This document shows positions 10,284 to 20,424 of a stretch of 64,000 nt of DNA, piece by piece. The notes below the pieces were generated by a model. It saw only the letters and a list, made by a program, of their open reading frames with translations. It had not been told where the DNA came from and ran no database searches. Source of the DNA: an uncultured Burkholderiales bacterium (GTDB lineage Bacteria > Bacteroidota > Bacteroidia > UBA8524); contig CAZUIT010000012.1 in NCBI GenBank assembly GCA_964620355.1, positions 1,070 through 65,069 on the forward strand, written 5' to 3'. The first letter of the stretch is position 1; each line of letters opens with the position of its first letter. A program made the position numbers and the translations under genes.

Positions 10284-10919
10284 ATGGCAAACACGAACAA
10301 AAACGATTACAATAAACTCGCCCCCTTCTACGATTGGCTGGGTCATACGCTGTATTTTGGTGCAATCGAACGTTCACAGCTTGCCTATTTAGACGCTATT
10401 CCAAAAGGAAGGCGCATACTCTTTATTGGGGGAGGGACAGGATTTTTGATAGATGAAGTGTTAGAAACTTGTAGGCCAAGTGAGTTGATCTATATCGAGA
10501 AATCAGCCATCATGATTCACAAAAGTAAAAAGGCGTGTAAGCATGATTTGAAAGAGCGAGTGACCTTCATTCATGGAACCCAAGAGGATTTAGTTGATGG
10601 AGAAAAATACGATGCTGTATTGAGTTTCTTTTTCTTCGACCAGTTTCGTTTTCCTACACTTTCTAAGATTTTTTTGCAATTAGATTCACATTTAAAACCA
10701 GGAGGACTATGGCTTTGGTCGGATTTTATTCCACCTGAAACTTGGTGGCAAAAAATTTTGATGCGCACCATGTTGCTGTTTTTCGATTTAACAACAAGCC
10801 TTGGCACGAATAGAGTATACTCGGTTCCGGAAATTATAATGAAGCGAGAATATCTACTGCAGCAAGAATCTTTTTTCTATGGAGGGTTTATTCGCTCGGT
10901 GGTGCTGAAAAAGCCTTGA
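10284..10919 (+). CDS. Class I SAM-dependent methyltransferase
   Basis: ILFIGGGTG motif I, YDAV and LKPGG motifs. Confidence 0.88.
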   Translation: MANTNKNDYNKLAPFYDWLGHTLYFGAIERSQLAYLDAIPKGRRILFIGGGTGFLIDEVLETCRPSELIYIEKSAIMIHKSKKACKHDLKERVTFIHGTQEDLVDGEKYDAVLSFFFFDQFRFPTLSKIFLQLDSHLKPGGLWLWSDFIPPETWWQKILMRTMLLFFDLTTSLGTNRVYSVPEIIMKREYLLQQESFFYGGFIRSVVLKKP

Positions 10920-11331
10920 GTTGATCGATAGCCATTCGGTCAATTGGCCAAGTTAACGTTTCCGGGTCAAGTTCAGCAAGAGGGGTCCAGAAGATTCCCT
11001 CCGGCTTGCCAATACTGGCCTGGCAATGCTTGTTTAATAAGGAATTGTCGAGACATTTTATGCGGTAATAGATGGAAATCAGCTGATCGTTCTGACTGAA
11101 GGCGCTTTGTTGGAAGAACTCATTCATGTATACGAATTCTCCGACAGCAATAGGCAATTGCCATTCTTCCATAAACTCTCGATGAAGCGAGTCAGTAATA
11201 CCTTCTCCCCACTCTAATCCGCCACCCACGAACTTACACATCGCCATACCTCGGTAGTTTTCTCGAGCCAGGAGGATTTGTCGGTCTTGGATGAGGATGC
11301 CATAAACGCGAATATTAAATTGTTTTTCCAT
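10888..11331 (-). CDS. NUDIX hydrolase
   Basis: GGGLEWGEGITDSLHREFMEE Nudix box; probable start MEKQFNIRVYG at 11331. Confidence 0.88.
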   Translation of the reverse strand: MEKQFNIRVYGILIQDRQILLARENYRGMAMCKFVGGGLEWGEGITDSLHREFMEEWQLPIAVGEFVYMNEFFQQSAFSQNDQLISIYYRIKCLDNSLLNKHCQASIGKPEGIFWTPLAELDPETLTWPIDRMAIDQLKAFSAPPSE

Positions 11332-11397
11332 GGATTGAAGGCATGCAAGAAACAAAACAATCTTGACATCAATCTGGAAGCGTGTAATTTCGTGGCG

Positions 11398-12732
11398 ATG
11401 AAAACGAGTATCCTGAAAAATGCCCGCTTGGTGAATGAAGGCCAAATCACCGAATGCGATGTTTTGATTCGCGGTCAACGGATTGAAAAGATTGCCCCGA
11501 ATATTACTGCAGAAGGCGAAGTTTTTGATTTACAAGGAAAATACCTGCTTCCAGGAATTATAGATGATCAGGTCCACTTTAGGGAGCCAGGCTTAACGCA
11601 TAAAGGAACGATTTATTCTGAGTCTCGTGCGGCAGTTGCAGGAGGAGTTACCTCATTCATCGAGCAACCGAATACGAAACCGGCAGCCTTAACCACGGCG
11701 CTATTAGAGGAGAAATTTTCCATCGCTGCAAAATCATCTTTGGCCAATTATTCCTTCAATCTAGGGGCAAGTAATGATAATTTGGAGGAGCTTCTTCGAG
11801 CCGATTATTCGACTTTTTCGGGCATCAAGATTTTTATGGGCTCCTCCACTGGGAATATGCTCGTGGATGATTTACGTGTGCTCGAACGCATCTTTTCAGA
11901 AGTGCCTCATCTCCTGATTACCCATTGTGAGGATGAGGCAACCATTCGCACCAATATGGCCATCTATGAAGCCCGCTATGGAGATGCTATTCCTGCTTCG
12001 GCACATCCACTCATTCGCAGTGAGGAGGCTTGTTACTTGAGTAGTAGCAGTGCCGTGGCTCTTGCCAAAAAACACGAAAGTCGCTTGCATGTTTACCATA
12101 TATCAACTGCCAAAGAGTGTTTGCTCTTTAGCAATGACTTACCGCTAGAGAAGAAAAAAATTACGGCAGAGGCCTGTATTCATCACCTTTGGTTCAGCGA
12201 TGAGGATTATGCGGAAAAAGGCATGTTCATCAAATGGAATCCAGCAGTAAAAACCGCCGCAGACCGCGAAGGGATTTGGCAGGCGGTTCTGGATAACCGT
12301 ATCGATGTGATTGCCACGGATCATGCGCCGCACACGAGAGAAGAAAAGAATAATCCTTATGCTTCAGCACCATCTGGCGGACCATTAGTTCAGCACGCAG
12401 CTCAGGCGATGTACGATCAAGTTATTTCAGGAAGATTATCTATCGAAACAATGGTTCAGAAAATGTGTCATAATCCAGCCACCTTATTCCGAATCAAGGA
12501 GCGCGGTTTTGCACGCGAAGGGTATTATGCCGATTTCTGTGTATTGGATACCGAAGCAGCCTATTCGGTCTCTGAAGAAAATATTTTATCCCAATGCAAA
12601 TGGTCGCCATTTGAAGGTCATACTTTCGGCTCAAGCATTAGTGGTACTTGGGTAAATGGCGAACAAGTTTGGAATGGCAAACGAATTTTTGACAAAAGCG
12701 TGACGAAAAGACTCGAGTTTTTGACATTGTGA
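11398..12732 (+). CDS. pyrC: Dihydroorotase
   Basis: PGIIDDQVHFREPG, KIFMGSSTG, HCEDE, HIST and ATDHAPH motifs; start at ATG 11398. Confidence 0.93.
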   Translation: MKTSILKNARLVNEGQITECDVLIRGQRIEKIAPNITAEGEVFDLQGKYLLPGIIDDQVHFREPGLTHKGTIYSESRAAVAGGVTSFIEQPNTKPAALTTALLEEKFSIAAKSSLANYSFNLGASNDNLEELLRADYSTFSGIKIFMGSSTGNMLVDDLRVLERIFSEVPHLLITHCEDEATIRTNMAIYEARYGDAIPASAHPLIRSEEACYLSSSSAVALAKKHESRLHVYHISTAKECLLFSNDLPLEKKKITAEACIHHLWFSDEDYAEKGMFIKWNPAVKTAADREGIWQAVLDNRIDVIATDHAPHTREEKNNPYASAPSGGPLVQHAAQAMYDQVISGRLSIETMVQKMCHNPATLFRIKERGFAREGYYADFCVLDTEAAYSVSEENILSQCKWSPFEGHTFGSSISGTWVNGEQVWNGKRIFDKSVTKRLEFLTL

Positions 12733-12779
12733 TGATAACTCTCGTTGGTGATTCGCGAACGAGCTTGTATTTTTGTTTC

Positions 12780-13166
12780 ATGAGTTTAGAAGTAACTGGA
12801 AGAATCGTTCAAATGATGGACGAGGTCAATGGAACCAGCACGAGAGGTTCTTGGAAAAAACGCGAATTCGTCATTGAAACTGCTGAGCAGTACCCAAAGA
12901 AAATATGTCTTTCTGTTTGGGGGGATAAAGTAGATACATTAACCCAATTCAAAGAAGGAGCAAACATCACAGCAAGCATCAATATTGAGTCGCGTGAGTA
13001 CAACGAACGTTGGTATACGGATATCCGGGCTTGGCGTTTGCAGCCAGCAGTTGAAGGAGCTGAAGGCGGACAGTTTGAGGCACATCCTCAGGAGTTTAAC
13101 CAAGAAAACAGCCAAGAAAAAAGCGAAAACTACAAGGCCACAGAAGCCGACGACCTTCCATTCTAA
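12780..13166 (+). CDS. DUF3127 family OB-fold (SSB-like) protein
   Basis: WKKREFVIET..QYPK, SREYNERWYTDIRAW, C-terminal DDLPF. Confidence 0.88.
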   Translation: MSLEVTGRIVQMMDEVNGTSTRGSWKKREFVIETAEQYPKKICLSVWGDKVDTLTQFKEGANITASINIESREYNERWYTDIRAWRLQPAVEGAEGGQFEAHPQEFNQENSQEKSENYKATEADDLPF

Positions 13167-13187
13167 GGAGTTCCTATAATTTAAGGA

Positions 13188-14861
13188 ATGAAGAAGGTTT
13201 TGTTTTTCCTGATGCTTTCGGCCTTTGGGTTGAAGGCCGGAGCGCAAAGTGCGTTGCTTCCTTATGATGAGGAGGATTATTCGCGCATTCAACGTTTGGA
13301 AATCAAGACCAATCATTTTTCTCCTTTTTTCCATTCGGGTGTTGGTCCATATGCAAGAAAGGATATTGCCCGTTTCACGGATAGTTTTCAGATTCAGGGG
13401 CGCCCAATCACATTTCGAGATTTTCAATACCTGAATTTTCTCCAGGCGGATAATCCTGAGTGGTCTCGTTCGGAAACAGGAAGCAGAAAACCTTTCTTGC
13501 GTTATTTCTACCCAGAAAAGGCGGCACTTTTATACCATGAGCAAGCAGACTTTGCTGTTCGAGTAAACCCGATTATTTATACTCAGGGTGGTCGTGATTT
13601 TGCGAGAAATGAAAACCTGTATATCAATTCCAGAGGAGTTGAGGTACATGGTCATATAGGTAAAAAAGTAGGTTTCTATACGTATATCACTGAGAACCAA
13701 GTAAGGGCACCTTTCTATCTCAGACAATGGACTTCGTATGTTGGCTCATATCCAGCAGCTGGTTTGACCAAAACATTTAAGGAAAATGCTTACGACTTCT
13801 TGCAAGCCCGTGGATATGTTACGTTTTCTCCAGTAAAAGACATTATTCGTATTCAGTTTGGGCATGATCGCAATTTCATAGGCGATGGATACCGTTCCTT
13901 TATATTGAGTGATTTTGGCAAGGAATACCTCTTTTTGAAGGTCAATACCAAAGTTTGGAAGTTGAACTACCAAAATTTGTTTGCTGAAATGGTTGGAGAT
14001 AATATTCGGGTTGGTTCAGAAGGGCCAAGCAAGAAATATATCGCTACCCATCATTTGTCCTATAATATTTTAGACAACCTGAATGTTGGTCTGTTCGAGA
14101 CAGTTGTCTTCGATCGCACTGATAGCAATGGTTATAATAGTGGGTTTGAGGCAAATTACTTGAACCCCATCATCTTTTATCGTTCAGTAGAACATGGGTT
14201 AAATAGCAGCGATAATGCCTTATTGGGTATCAATGCCAAATGGAATTTTTTGGGCCATTTCTCGCTCTATGGCCAGTTGACCCTCGATGAATTTAAGATC
14301 GACGAATACCGCAATAATCAAGGATGGTGGGCAAACAAGTATGCCGCCCAAATTGGGGTGAAAATAGTCGATGCCTTGGTGCAGAATCTAGACCTTCAAT
14401 ATGAATTCAACACGGCGCGTCCATATACCTTCATGCACTTTAAACAGACGCAAAATTATACGCATTTTCGCACGCCAGTTGGACATCCTTTGGGAGCAAA
14501 TTTTCGGGAACATATCGCCTTGTTAACCTATCGTCCTACCAAGCGAATTGGGTTTTATGTGACCTATATCTATAGCCAAAAAGGTCTCGATTCAGATTCA
14601 CTTAATTGGGGAGGTGATATATTTCGTAAGGATTATTTAGGGCGTGTTCAAGAATATGGAAATAGCATCGGACAAGGAGCGCTTACTACTGTGAATATTT
14701 TAGAATTACGCCTTAGTTATCAATTTGCTCATCGCATGTTTGCGGAGTGTAGCTGGCTCTACCGCGGCTCAAAAAGCACCTTGGAGCCATATACCAATGA
14801 GTCATCTATACTAAATTTTGGACTCCGAATTAATTTAGCACGGCCGAGGAATTTGTTTTAA
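13188..14861 (+). CDS. RemB/Wzi-like outer-membrane beta-barrel protein
   Basis: Signal peptide; QFGHDRNFIGDGYRSFILSD, NVGLFETVV, YLNPIIFYR and HPLGANFRE motifs. Confidence 0.75.
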   Translation: MKKVLFFLMLSAFGLKAGAQSALLPYDEEDYSRIQRLEIKTNHFSPFFHSGVGPYARKDIARFTDSFQIQGRPITFRDFQYLNFLQADNPEWSRSETGSRKPFLRYFYPEKAALLYHEQADFAVRVNPIIYTQGGRDFARNENLYINSRGVEVHGHIGKKVGFYTYITENQVRAPFYLRQWTSYVGSYPAAGLTKTFKENAYDFLQARGYVTFSPVKDIIRIQFGHDRNFIGDGYRSFILSDFGKEYLFLKVNTKVWKLNYQNLFAEMVGDNIRVGSEGPSKKYIATHHLSYNILDNLNVGLFETVVFDRTDSNGYNSGFEANYLNPIIFYRSVEHGLNSSDNALLGINAKWNFLGHFSLYGQLTLDEFKIDEYRNNQGWWANKYAAQIGVKIVDALVQNLDLQYEFNTARPYTFMHFKQTQNYTHFRTPVGHPLGANFREHIALLTYRPTKRIGFYVTYIYSQKGLDSDSLNWGGDIFRKDYLGRVQEYGNSIGQGALTTVNILELRLSYQFAHRMFAECSWLYRGSKSTLEPYTNESSILNFGLRINLARPRNLF

Positions 14862-14965
14862 GGCTGAGGTTCCCGCCTTCGCTGAAAAAGCCGTGGCGGA
14901 CGCAGAAGGTTGAGGTCGAGGCTGAGCTTAAGTACGGTCTCTAAGCTTGTCGAAGAGTGAGACGG
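14862..14965. repeat. Intergenic repeat mosaic: 6-mer array, REP-like CCGCCTTCGC..GC..TGGCGGAC, and CGGTCTCTAAGCTTGTCGAAGAG
   Basis: Read directly from the sequence; the same motifs recur at 3159-3443, 16949, 29221 and 60758. Confidence 0.75.
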
Positions 14966-15056
14966 CAGATTAGAAGGACTTGCTAGTGACCTCGTATCAA
15001 TCAGTATGAATTCTTGGGATTGAAGCAGCATGAATAATTTATTGGAATTCTATTGC

Positions 15057-15099
15057 GCAGTTAAGTGACTGCGAATATATTTGCAGTCAAGTGGCTGCG
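15057..15099 (+). promoter_or_regulatory. Tandem palindromic operator (likely ArsR autoregulation) flanking a TATATTTG -7 promoter element
   Basis: GCAGTTAAGTGACTGCG (15057) and GCAGTCAAGTGGCTGCG (15083); TATATTTG at 15076-15083; the second site ends 3 nt before the ATG. Confidence 0.75.
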
Positions 15100-15102
15100 T
15101 AA

Positions 15103-15426
15103 ATGGAATTAAGAAGAGATGTTTTTCAGGCGATTGCTGATCCTACAAGGAGGGCAATCATTACTTTGTTGGCCATGCAGGCGATGACACCCACCGCTAT
15201 TGCCGAAAATTTCAATTCCTCACGGCAAACGATTTCCAAGCATATTCAAATTCTTACTGAATGTGAACTCCTCCAGCAAGAACAAAAGGGGCGGGAGAAT
15301 TATTACCACTTGAATGCTGCCAAAGTGAAAGAAATAGCCGATTTCATTGAGCCCTTTCGCGCTTTGTGGGACGAAAGGTTTAATAAATTGGAAAGCCTCA
15401 TGCTACACTATCCTATCAAGAAATAA
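15103..15426 (+). CDS. ArsR/SmtB family transcriptional regulator
   Basis: [17 protein letters not shown]...[12 protein letters not shown] winged HTH. Confidence 0.93.
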   Translation: MELRRDVFQAIADPTRRAIITLLAMQAMTPTAIAENFNSSRQTISKHIQILTECELLQQEQKGRENYYHLNAAKVKEIADFIEPFRALWDERFNKLESLMLHYPIKK

Positions 15427-15894
15427 ATGGAACGCAAAACTAAAATTCAAGCAGAAGAAGGCAAGCAGGAAATCTTCATTCGCCGTGAGTTTGACCTACC
15501 GATAGCGCTTCTTTTTAAAGCGTACACAGACCCGAAAATTGTTGCTCAATGGATGGGAACAAATGTGGTCAAATTAGAAAATAAAAAGCATGGGGCCTGG
15601 GAATTTGAAACATCCGATCCAAAGGGCAATGTCGTATTCCGTGCCAATGGCGTGATTCAGGAAATCGAAGAGAACAGCAAAATCACACGAACCTTTGAGA
15701 TGGAAAATAGTCCTTTTCCCGTTCAATTGGAATTCCTTGAATTTTCACAATTAGCATACACTAGAAGTAAGTTGGTCATACAAATTGTTTTTAAATCAGT
15801 GTATTACCGGGATGAAATGTTAAAGTTACCCTTTGCTCAAGGACTAAATATGGCACATAATCGTCTTGAAGAAGTGGTACAGAATCTAAGTTAA
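15427..15894 (+). CDS. SRPBCC (AHSA1) domain protein
   Basis: REFDLP..LLFKAYTDP...QWMG; usual partner of this ArsR subfamily. Confidence 0.88.
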   Translation: MERKTKIQAEEGKQEIFIRREFDLPIALLFKAYTDPKIVAQWMGTNVVKLENKKHGAWEFETSDPKGNVVFRANGVIQEIEENSKITRTFEMENSPFPVQLEFLEFSQLAYTRSKLVIQIVFKSVYYRDEMLKLPFAQGLNMAHNRLEEVVQNLS

Positions 15895-15899
15895 TAATC

Positions 15900-16277
15900 A
15901 TGTCAAAAAGAAATAGAATAATTTATTGGGTTGCCACAGTTTGGCTTTCCTTGGGTATGGTTTCTACGGGAATTGTTCAGATCCTTCCCATGAAGGAGGA
16001 AGTTTTGAAGTTTTCAGCATTGGGTTATCCAGCCTATCTTCTGACCATATTGGGTGTTTGGAAAATACTCGGCGTACTGGCCGTTTTAGTTCCTAAAATC
16101 CCCTTGCTAAAAGAATGGGCTTATGCTGGGTTTTTCTTCGCCATGTCGGGTGCCATTGTTTCGCATCTTGCCTCGGGTTCTGAATTCGTCGAACTATTTG
16201 GTCCAGCGCTTTTACTTGTCTTAACCATCTTGTCTTGGTATTTTAGACCAGCAGATAGAAAATTCAAAACACAGTAG
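15900..16277 (+). CDS. DoxX-like membrane protein
   Basis: LGYPAYLLTILGVWKILG and LKEWAYAGFFF motifs. Confidence 0.9.
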   Translation: MSKRNRIIYWVATVWLSLGMVSTGIVQILPMKEEVLKFSALGYPAYLLTILGVWKILGVLAVLVPKIPLLKEWAYAGFFFAMSGAIVSHLASGSEFVELFGPALLLVLTILSWYFRPADRKFKTQ

Positions 16278-16278
16278 T

Positions 16279-16929
16279 ATGGCAAGAAACATGAGCAAGG
16301 ATGTAAACGAATATCTAGGTAGGCTGGATAATTGGCAGGATGAGCTCAGTACATTGCGGCACATTGTACTTGGCTGTGGCGTAGAAGAAACGGTGAAATG
16401 GGGAGTGCCTGTTTATATGGCTCATAATGGAAACATTGCTTTACTCGGTTCCTTTAAAGACCATTGTGTATTGAGTTTTATTAAAGGGGTGCTACTAAAT
16501 GATCCAGAAAAAGTACTGGAAAGTCCAGGCGAAAATTCTCAATCCGTGCGTTTATTTCGCTTTCGAAGTGTAAAAGAGATTGAAGAAAAGGAAGGGCTTA
16601 TTAAAGCTTTTATATTCGAAGCGATGGAGGTGGAGAAGGCAGGTATAAAAGTAGCGAAACAGAATAATGAAGACATTGTTTTTGTTGAGGAACTTCAAAA
16701 GAAATTGGTTTCTGATCCTCTTTTTAGCGATGCGTTTTTTGCTTTAACTCCAGGCCGTCGGAGGGCATATAATATATACTTCTCATCAGCGAAGCAGTCT
16801 AAGTCGCGCGACGCCCGGATTGAAAAATATACTCCTAGAATCTTAAATGGCAAGGGGATTAACGATTGTGTATGCGGTCACTCCAAGCGCATGCCCAATT
16901 GCGATGGGTCGCATAAGTTGTATGAATAA
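16279..16929 (+). CDS. YdeI/OmpD-associated protein (YdhG + OmdA domains) with C-terminal CDGSH Fe-S motif
   Basis: ETVKWGVPVY, ALTPGRRRAY...AKQSKSR..RIEK, C-terminal CVCGHSKRMPNCDGSH. Confidence 0.88.
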   Translation: MARNMSKDVNEYLGRLDNWQDELSTLRHIVLGCGVEETVKWGVPVYMAHNGNIALLGSFKDHCVLSFIKGVLLNDPEKVLESPGENSQSVRLFRFRSVKEIEEKEGLIKAFIFEAMEVEKAGIKVAKQNNEDIVFVEELQKKLVSDPLFSDAFFALTPGRRRAYNIYFSSAKQSKSRDARIEKYTPRILNGKGINDCVCGHSKRMPNCDGSHKLYE

Positions 16930-16930
16930 G

Positions 16931-17092
16931 GCATAGAGCATAGAGCATGCGCCTTCGCTAATCGCTATGGCGGACCGGAAGGACATGGGCCTTCGCGCAT
17001 CAGAGACAGTTAAGCGCTTAGTATCACATCTTAGCTCTCACCCTCTCATGTCTCACGGTCTCAAATCTTATATCTAAAGTCTTAATTCTCTC
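16931..17092. repeat. Heptamer microrepeats (GCATAGA; TCTCAnn) with an embedded REP-like palindrome
   Basis: gcatagagcatagagcatg, then cgccttcgctaatcgctatggcggacc, then tctcaccctctcatgtctcacggtctcaaatc. Confidence 0.65.
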
Positions 17093-17117
17093 CGCTTTTT
17101 TCCTATTTTTGAGGCAG

Positions 17118-19160
17118 ATGAAATTTATCAATCCTCAGTTCCTCTGGGCATTTGGCGTGCTAGCCATTCCGATTATCATCCATCTATTCAATTTTCGCCG
17201 CTTTAAAAAAGTGATGTTCCCGAATTTGCGCTTCCTTCAAGAGGTTCAAATTCAGAATAAGAACAAGCAACAGTTGAAAAAACTACTGGTCTTGGCCAGT
17301 CGTTTATTGGCGCTCTCCTTTTTGGTCCTTGCCTTCGCTGGTCCTTTTATTCCGGGGAAAGATGAAGGGGTATCGGCGGCTGGAAATGTGTTGAGTATCT
17401 ATATCGATAATTCCTTTAGTATGAATGCCGAAGGAAGCGAAGGAGAACTTTTGGAAGTGGCTAAAAACCGCGCGCGAAATATTGCGGGGGCCTATAACGA
17501 AACAGATCAATTTCAACTCCTCAGCAATGATTTTGAAGGAAAACACCAACGCCTTGTTAATCGCGAAGCCTTTTTACAGTGGGTGGATGAACTGGGGTAC
17601 AGCGCCAAAACAAGGAATTTAAGTGAAGTATATACCCGCCAAAAGAATCTGCTCCAGAAAGAAGGTGGGAATGAAATGCGGCGCATGGCTTTTTTAATCA
17701 GCGATTTTCAGCAGTCAGTATCGGATATTGATAATTTAGAAACCGATTCTACAATTTCCGTTTACTTCTTGCCCCTAGAAGCACAAACACGAAGCAATCT
17801 TTCGTTAGACAGCGTATGGTTTGAAACGCCATATGTTCGCTCGGGAGAATCTGCTTTGCTCCATGTTCGGGTGAAAAATTTCGGGAGCGACGACCTCGAA
17901 AATGCCACTATGACTTTGGAGGTGAATGGGGTTCAAAAAGGGCTCGCAGCCTTGCAAGTGGAAGGCGGACTAGAATCGACCATCGAGCTTTCCTTCATAC
18001 CGGAAAAAGCGGGATGGAATCAGGCTGTATTGCGTATAGACGATTATCCGATTGTGTTTGATGATGCGCTGTATTTTTCCTTTGAAGTACGTGATTCGCG
18101 TAAGGTTTTGCACATCCTCGCCGATGGAAATGCAGGGAAAGAGATCAAGTCGGTTTATTCCACAGATTCCTATTTTCAGTACCAGCAGATGTCGGTAAAT
18201 GCGTTGGATTACCGCTCATTTTCTGAATATGATCTCATTCTTGTGGAATCTCTACCCGATTTGAGTAGCGGGTTAAGTTCCGAGTTAAAGAAATATACCG
18301 AAGAGGGCGGGAGCTTGGTCTTCATCCCAAATAAAGACAATGCCGCAGCGGGAAATCTATTGGCCACGGCATTGGAACTTCCTTTGCTCAGCACCAAAAA
18401 AGAAGGTGCCCAAGAAATTCGTTTTATCAATACCGAACACCCAATCTATCAAGAAATTATAGAGAAGATGGATGAGCGTATGCCTTATCCTCAGGTGCAA
18501 GCGTATTACCCTTGGCAAGTTCAGCCTTCTGGGGGCTATGCACGATTATTAGGGACAGCAGATGGTCAAAGTATTTTAAGTTTATTTGATCGAGGTAAGG
18601 GGCAGGTATACTATTTATCCTTACCGCTTTCCTTGGAATGGAGCAGTCTTACACGTCACTTTTTATTCCCAGCCACCCTGTTGCAAGCCGGTTTTCGAAG
18701 TATTCCAGGTCAGAGTTTGTACAAGCAAATTGGCGGAGACATGATGATACCCTTACGGCTCAAGGCCAATTCGAATGAAGAGATATTGGAGCTTCGGGGA
18801 GAAAAGGAAACTTCGATTCCTGAAGTCCTAGTTCGCAATAATACCCAGTACCTGCGCATGGATGAAAGTGTACAACAAGCAGGCTCTTTCTGGCTGCATA
18901 AAAAAGGAGAGACAACAAACCTACAATCCATCAGTATCAATTACTCAAGAAGAGAAAGCGCAACGGCGGCTTATGCCAGCGACGAACTTAAAGACCGTCT
19001 GCCTCCAGGTTCTTCCATATCCATCATCAATTCCAAGTCGGAAAGTGTTGGAAAAATGGTGCGTGACCTCGATGCGGGAGAACAATTGTGGAAACTCGCT
19101 GTGCTTTTAACCTTGCTCTTTGTTGCAATTGAGATACTTTTGCTTAGATTTCTGAAATAG
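17118..19160 (+). CDS. BatA N-terminal domain / vWA-like membrane protein
   Basis: PIIIHLFNFRR...FPNLRFL aerotolerance N-terminus, YIDNSFSM MIDAS-like motif, C-terminal TM helix. Confidence 0.85.
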   Translation: MKFINPQFLWAFGVLAIPIIIHLFNFRRFKKVMFPNLRFLQEVQIQNKNKQQLKKLLVLASRLLALSFLVLAFAGPFIPGKDEGVSAAGNVLSIYIDNSFSMNAEGSEGELLEVAKNRARNIAGAYNETDQFQLLSNDFEGKHQRLVNREAFLQWVDELGYSAKTRNLSEVYTRQKNLLQKEGGNEMRRMAFLISDFQQSVSDIDNLETDSTISVYFLPLEAQTRSNLSLDSVWFETPYVRSGESALLHVRVKNFGSDDLENATMTLEVNGVQKGLAALQVEGGLESTIELSFIPEKAGWNQAVLRIDDYPIVFDDALYFSFEVRDSRKVLHILADGNAGKEIKSVYSTDSYFQYQQMSVNALDYRSFSEYDLILVESLPDLSSGLSSELKKYTEEGGSLVFIPNKDNAAAGNLLATALELPLLSTKKEGAQEIRFINTEHPIYQEIIEKMDERMPYPQVQAYYPWQVQPSGGYARLLGTADGQSILSLFDRGKGQVYYLSLPLSLEWSSLTRHFLFPATLLQAGFRSIPGQSLYKQIGGDMMIPLRLKANSNEEILELRGEKETSIPEVLVRNNTQYLRMDESVQQAGSFWLHKKGETTNLQSISINYSRRESATAAYASDELKDRLPPGSSISIINSKSESVGKMVRDLDAGEQLWKLAVLLTLLFVAIEILLLRFLK

Positions 19161-19161
19161 C

Positions 19162-20424
19162 ATGACCCAGCTCATACTCAAACAGGTCCGGATCATTGAT
19201 CCCCAATCCCCTCACCACCTTCATACCCATGATATTTATATCGCTGATGGCATCATCCAAGAAATAGCCGAGTCTATCTCTAAAAAGGGTGTCGAAGAGA
19301 TTTCTGGGAAAGAATTGGCCGTGAGTGCAGGTTGGCTTGATATGCGGGCTAATTTTCGTGACCCCGGATTCGAATACAAAGAAGACCTTGCAAGTGGAGC
19401 GCGTGCCGCTGCTGCCGGAGGGTTTACCGCGGTGGCACTTTTACCAGACACATATCCTGTTCTCCAATCCAAGTCAGAGATAGAATATATCCGTAACGCA
19501 AGCAGAACCCTACCGATAGATGCCCTACCAATGGGTGCTATAAGTAGAGATTTGGCAGGAGAGGAGATTACAGAAATGTTCGATATGCACCAAAGTGGAG
19601 CCGTGGCCTTTAGTAATGCCAATATGCCGGTAAAGGCTGGGGTTATACAACGTGCCTTGATGTACGTGATGGGTTTTGATGGTTTGCTTTGTGTTCATTC
19701 CGATATGCCGAGTATTTCGAATGGCGGACAAATGCATGAGGGATATCAAAGTACCTTATTGGGACTCAAAGGAATTCCAGATCATGCGGAAACTATTGCT
19801 GTAAATCGGGAGTTAGAAATTCTGCGTTATACCGGCGGAAAGATTCATTTTTCACATCTCTCAACCCCCTCGGCATTAAATAGTATTCGTGCAGCTAAAA
19901 AAGAAGGGCTTGCTGTAAGCTGCGACGTAGCGGTTCATCAATTGGTTTTCGACGATACCGACCTCGAAGAATATGATAGTCGCTTTAAAGTATTCCCGCC
20001 TTTTCGTTCAAAGGAGCATGTTAAGGCGCTTCGAAAAGCATTGATTGACGGAACAATCGATGCCGTAGTCTCTGATCATCACCCAGAAGATACGGAACAT
20101 AAACAGGTAGAATTTGATTATGCAGCTTTCGGAATAAGCAGCATCCAAACGGTATTGCCTGCGCTTTTGTCGGCCATTCCAAAAATCAGTGATGAAAGAT
20201 TGGTGGAAGTCCTCTCTGGCAATCCGCGTAGATTATTAAAACAAGAAACAGCGAAAATCGCCCCAGGTGAAGTCGCTAATATCAGCGTGTTCAGTCGCCA
20301 AGAAAGCTGGACATTAAACAAAAGCAGCAATTGCTCGAAATCAATTTATAGTCCGTTTTGGATGAAAGAATTGCAAGGAAAAGTAATTGGTACCTATACC
20401 AAAGGAAAGTGGAACCCAGCATGA
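19162..20424 (+). CDS. Dihydroorotase-like protein, probably catalytically altered (PyrC'-like)
   Basis: AAAAGGFTAV, KVFPPFR and SDHHP motifs present, but the HxH metal motif is replaced by DMRANFRDPG. Confidence 0.8.
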   Translation: MTQLILKQVRIIDPQSPHHLHTHDIYIADGIIQEIAESISKKGVEEISGKELAVSAGWLDMRANFRDPGFEYKEDLASGARAAAAGGFTAVALLPDTYPVLQSKSEIEYIRNASRTLPIDALPMGAISRDLAGEEITEMFDMHQSGAVAFSNANMPVKAGVIQRALMYVMGFDGLLCVHSDMPSISNGGQMHEGYQSTLLGLKGIPDHAETIAVNRELEILRYTGGKIHFSHLSTPSALNSIRAAKKEGLAVSCDVAVHQLVFDDTDLEEYDSRFKVFPPFRSKEHVKALRKALIDGTIDAVVSDHHPEDTEHKQVEFDYAAFGISSIQTVLPALLSAIPKISDERLVEVLSGNPRRLLKQETAKIAPGEVANISVFSRQESWTLNKSSNCSKSIYSPFWMKELQGKVIGTYTKGKWNPA

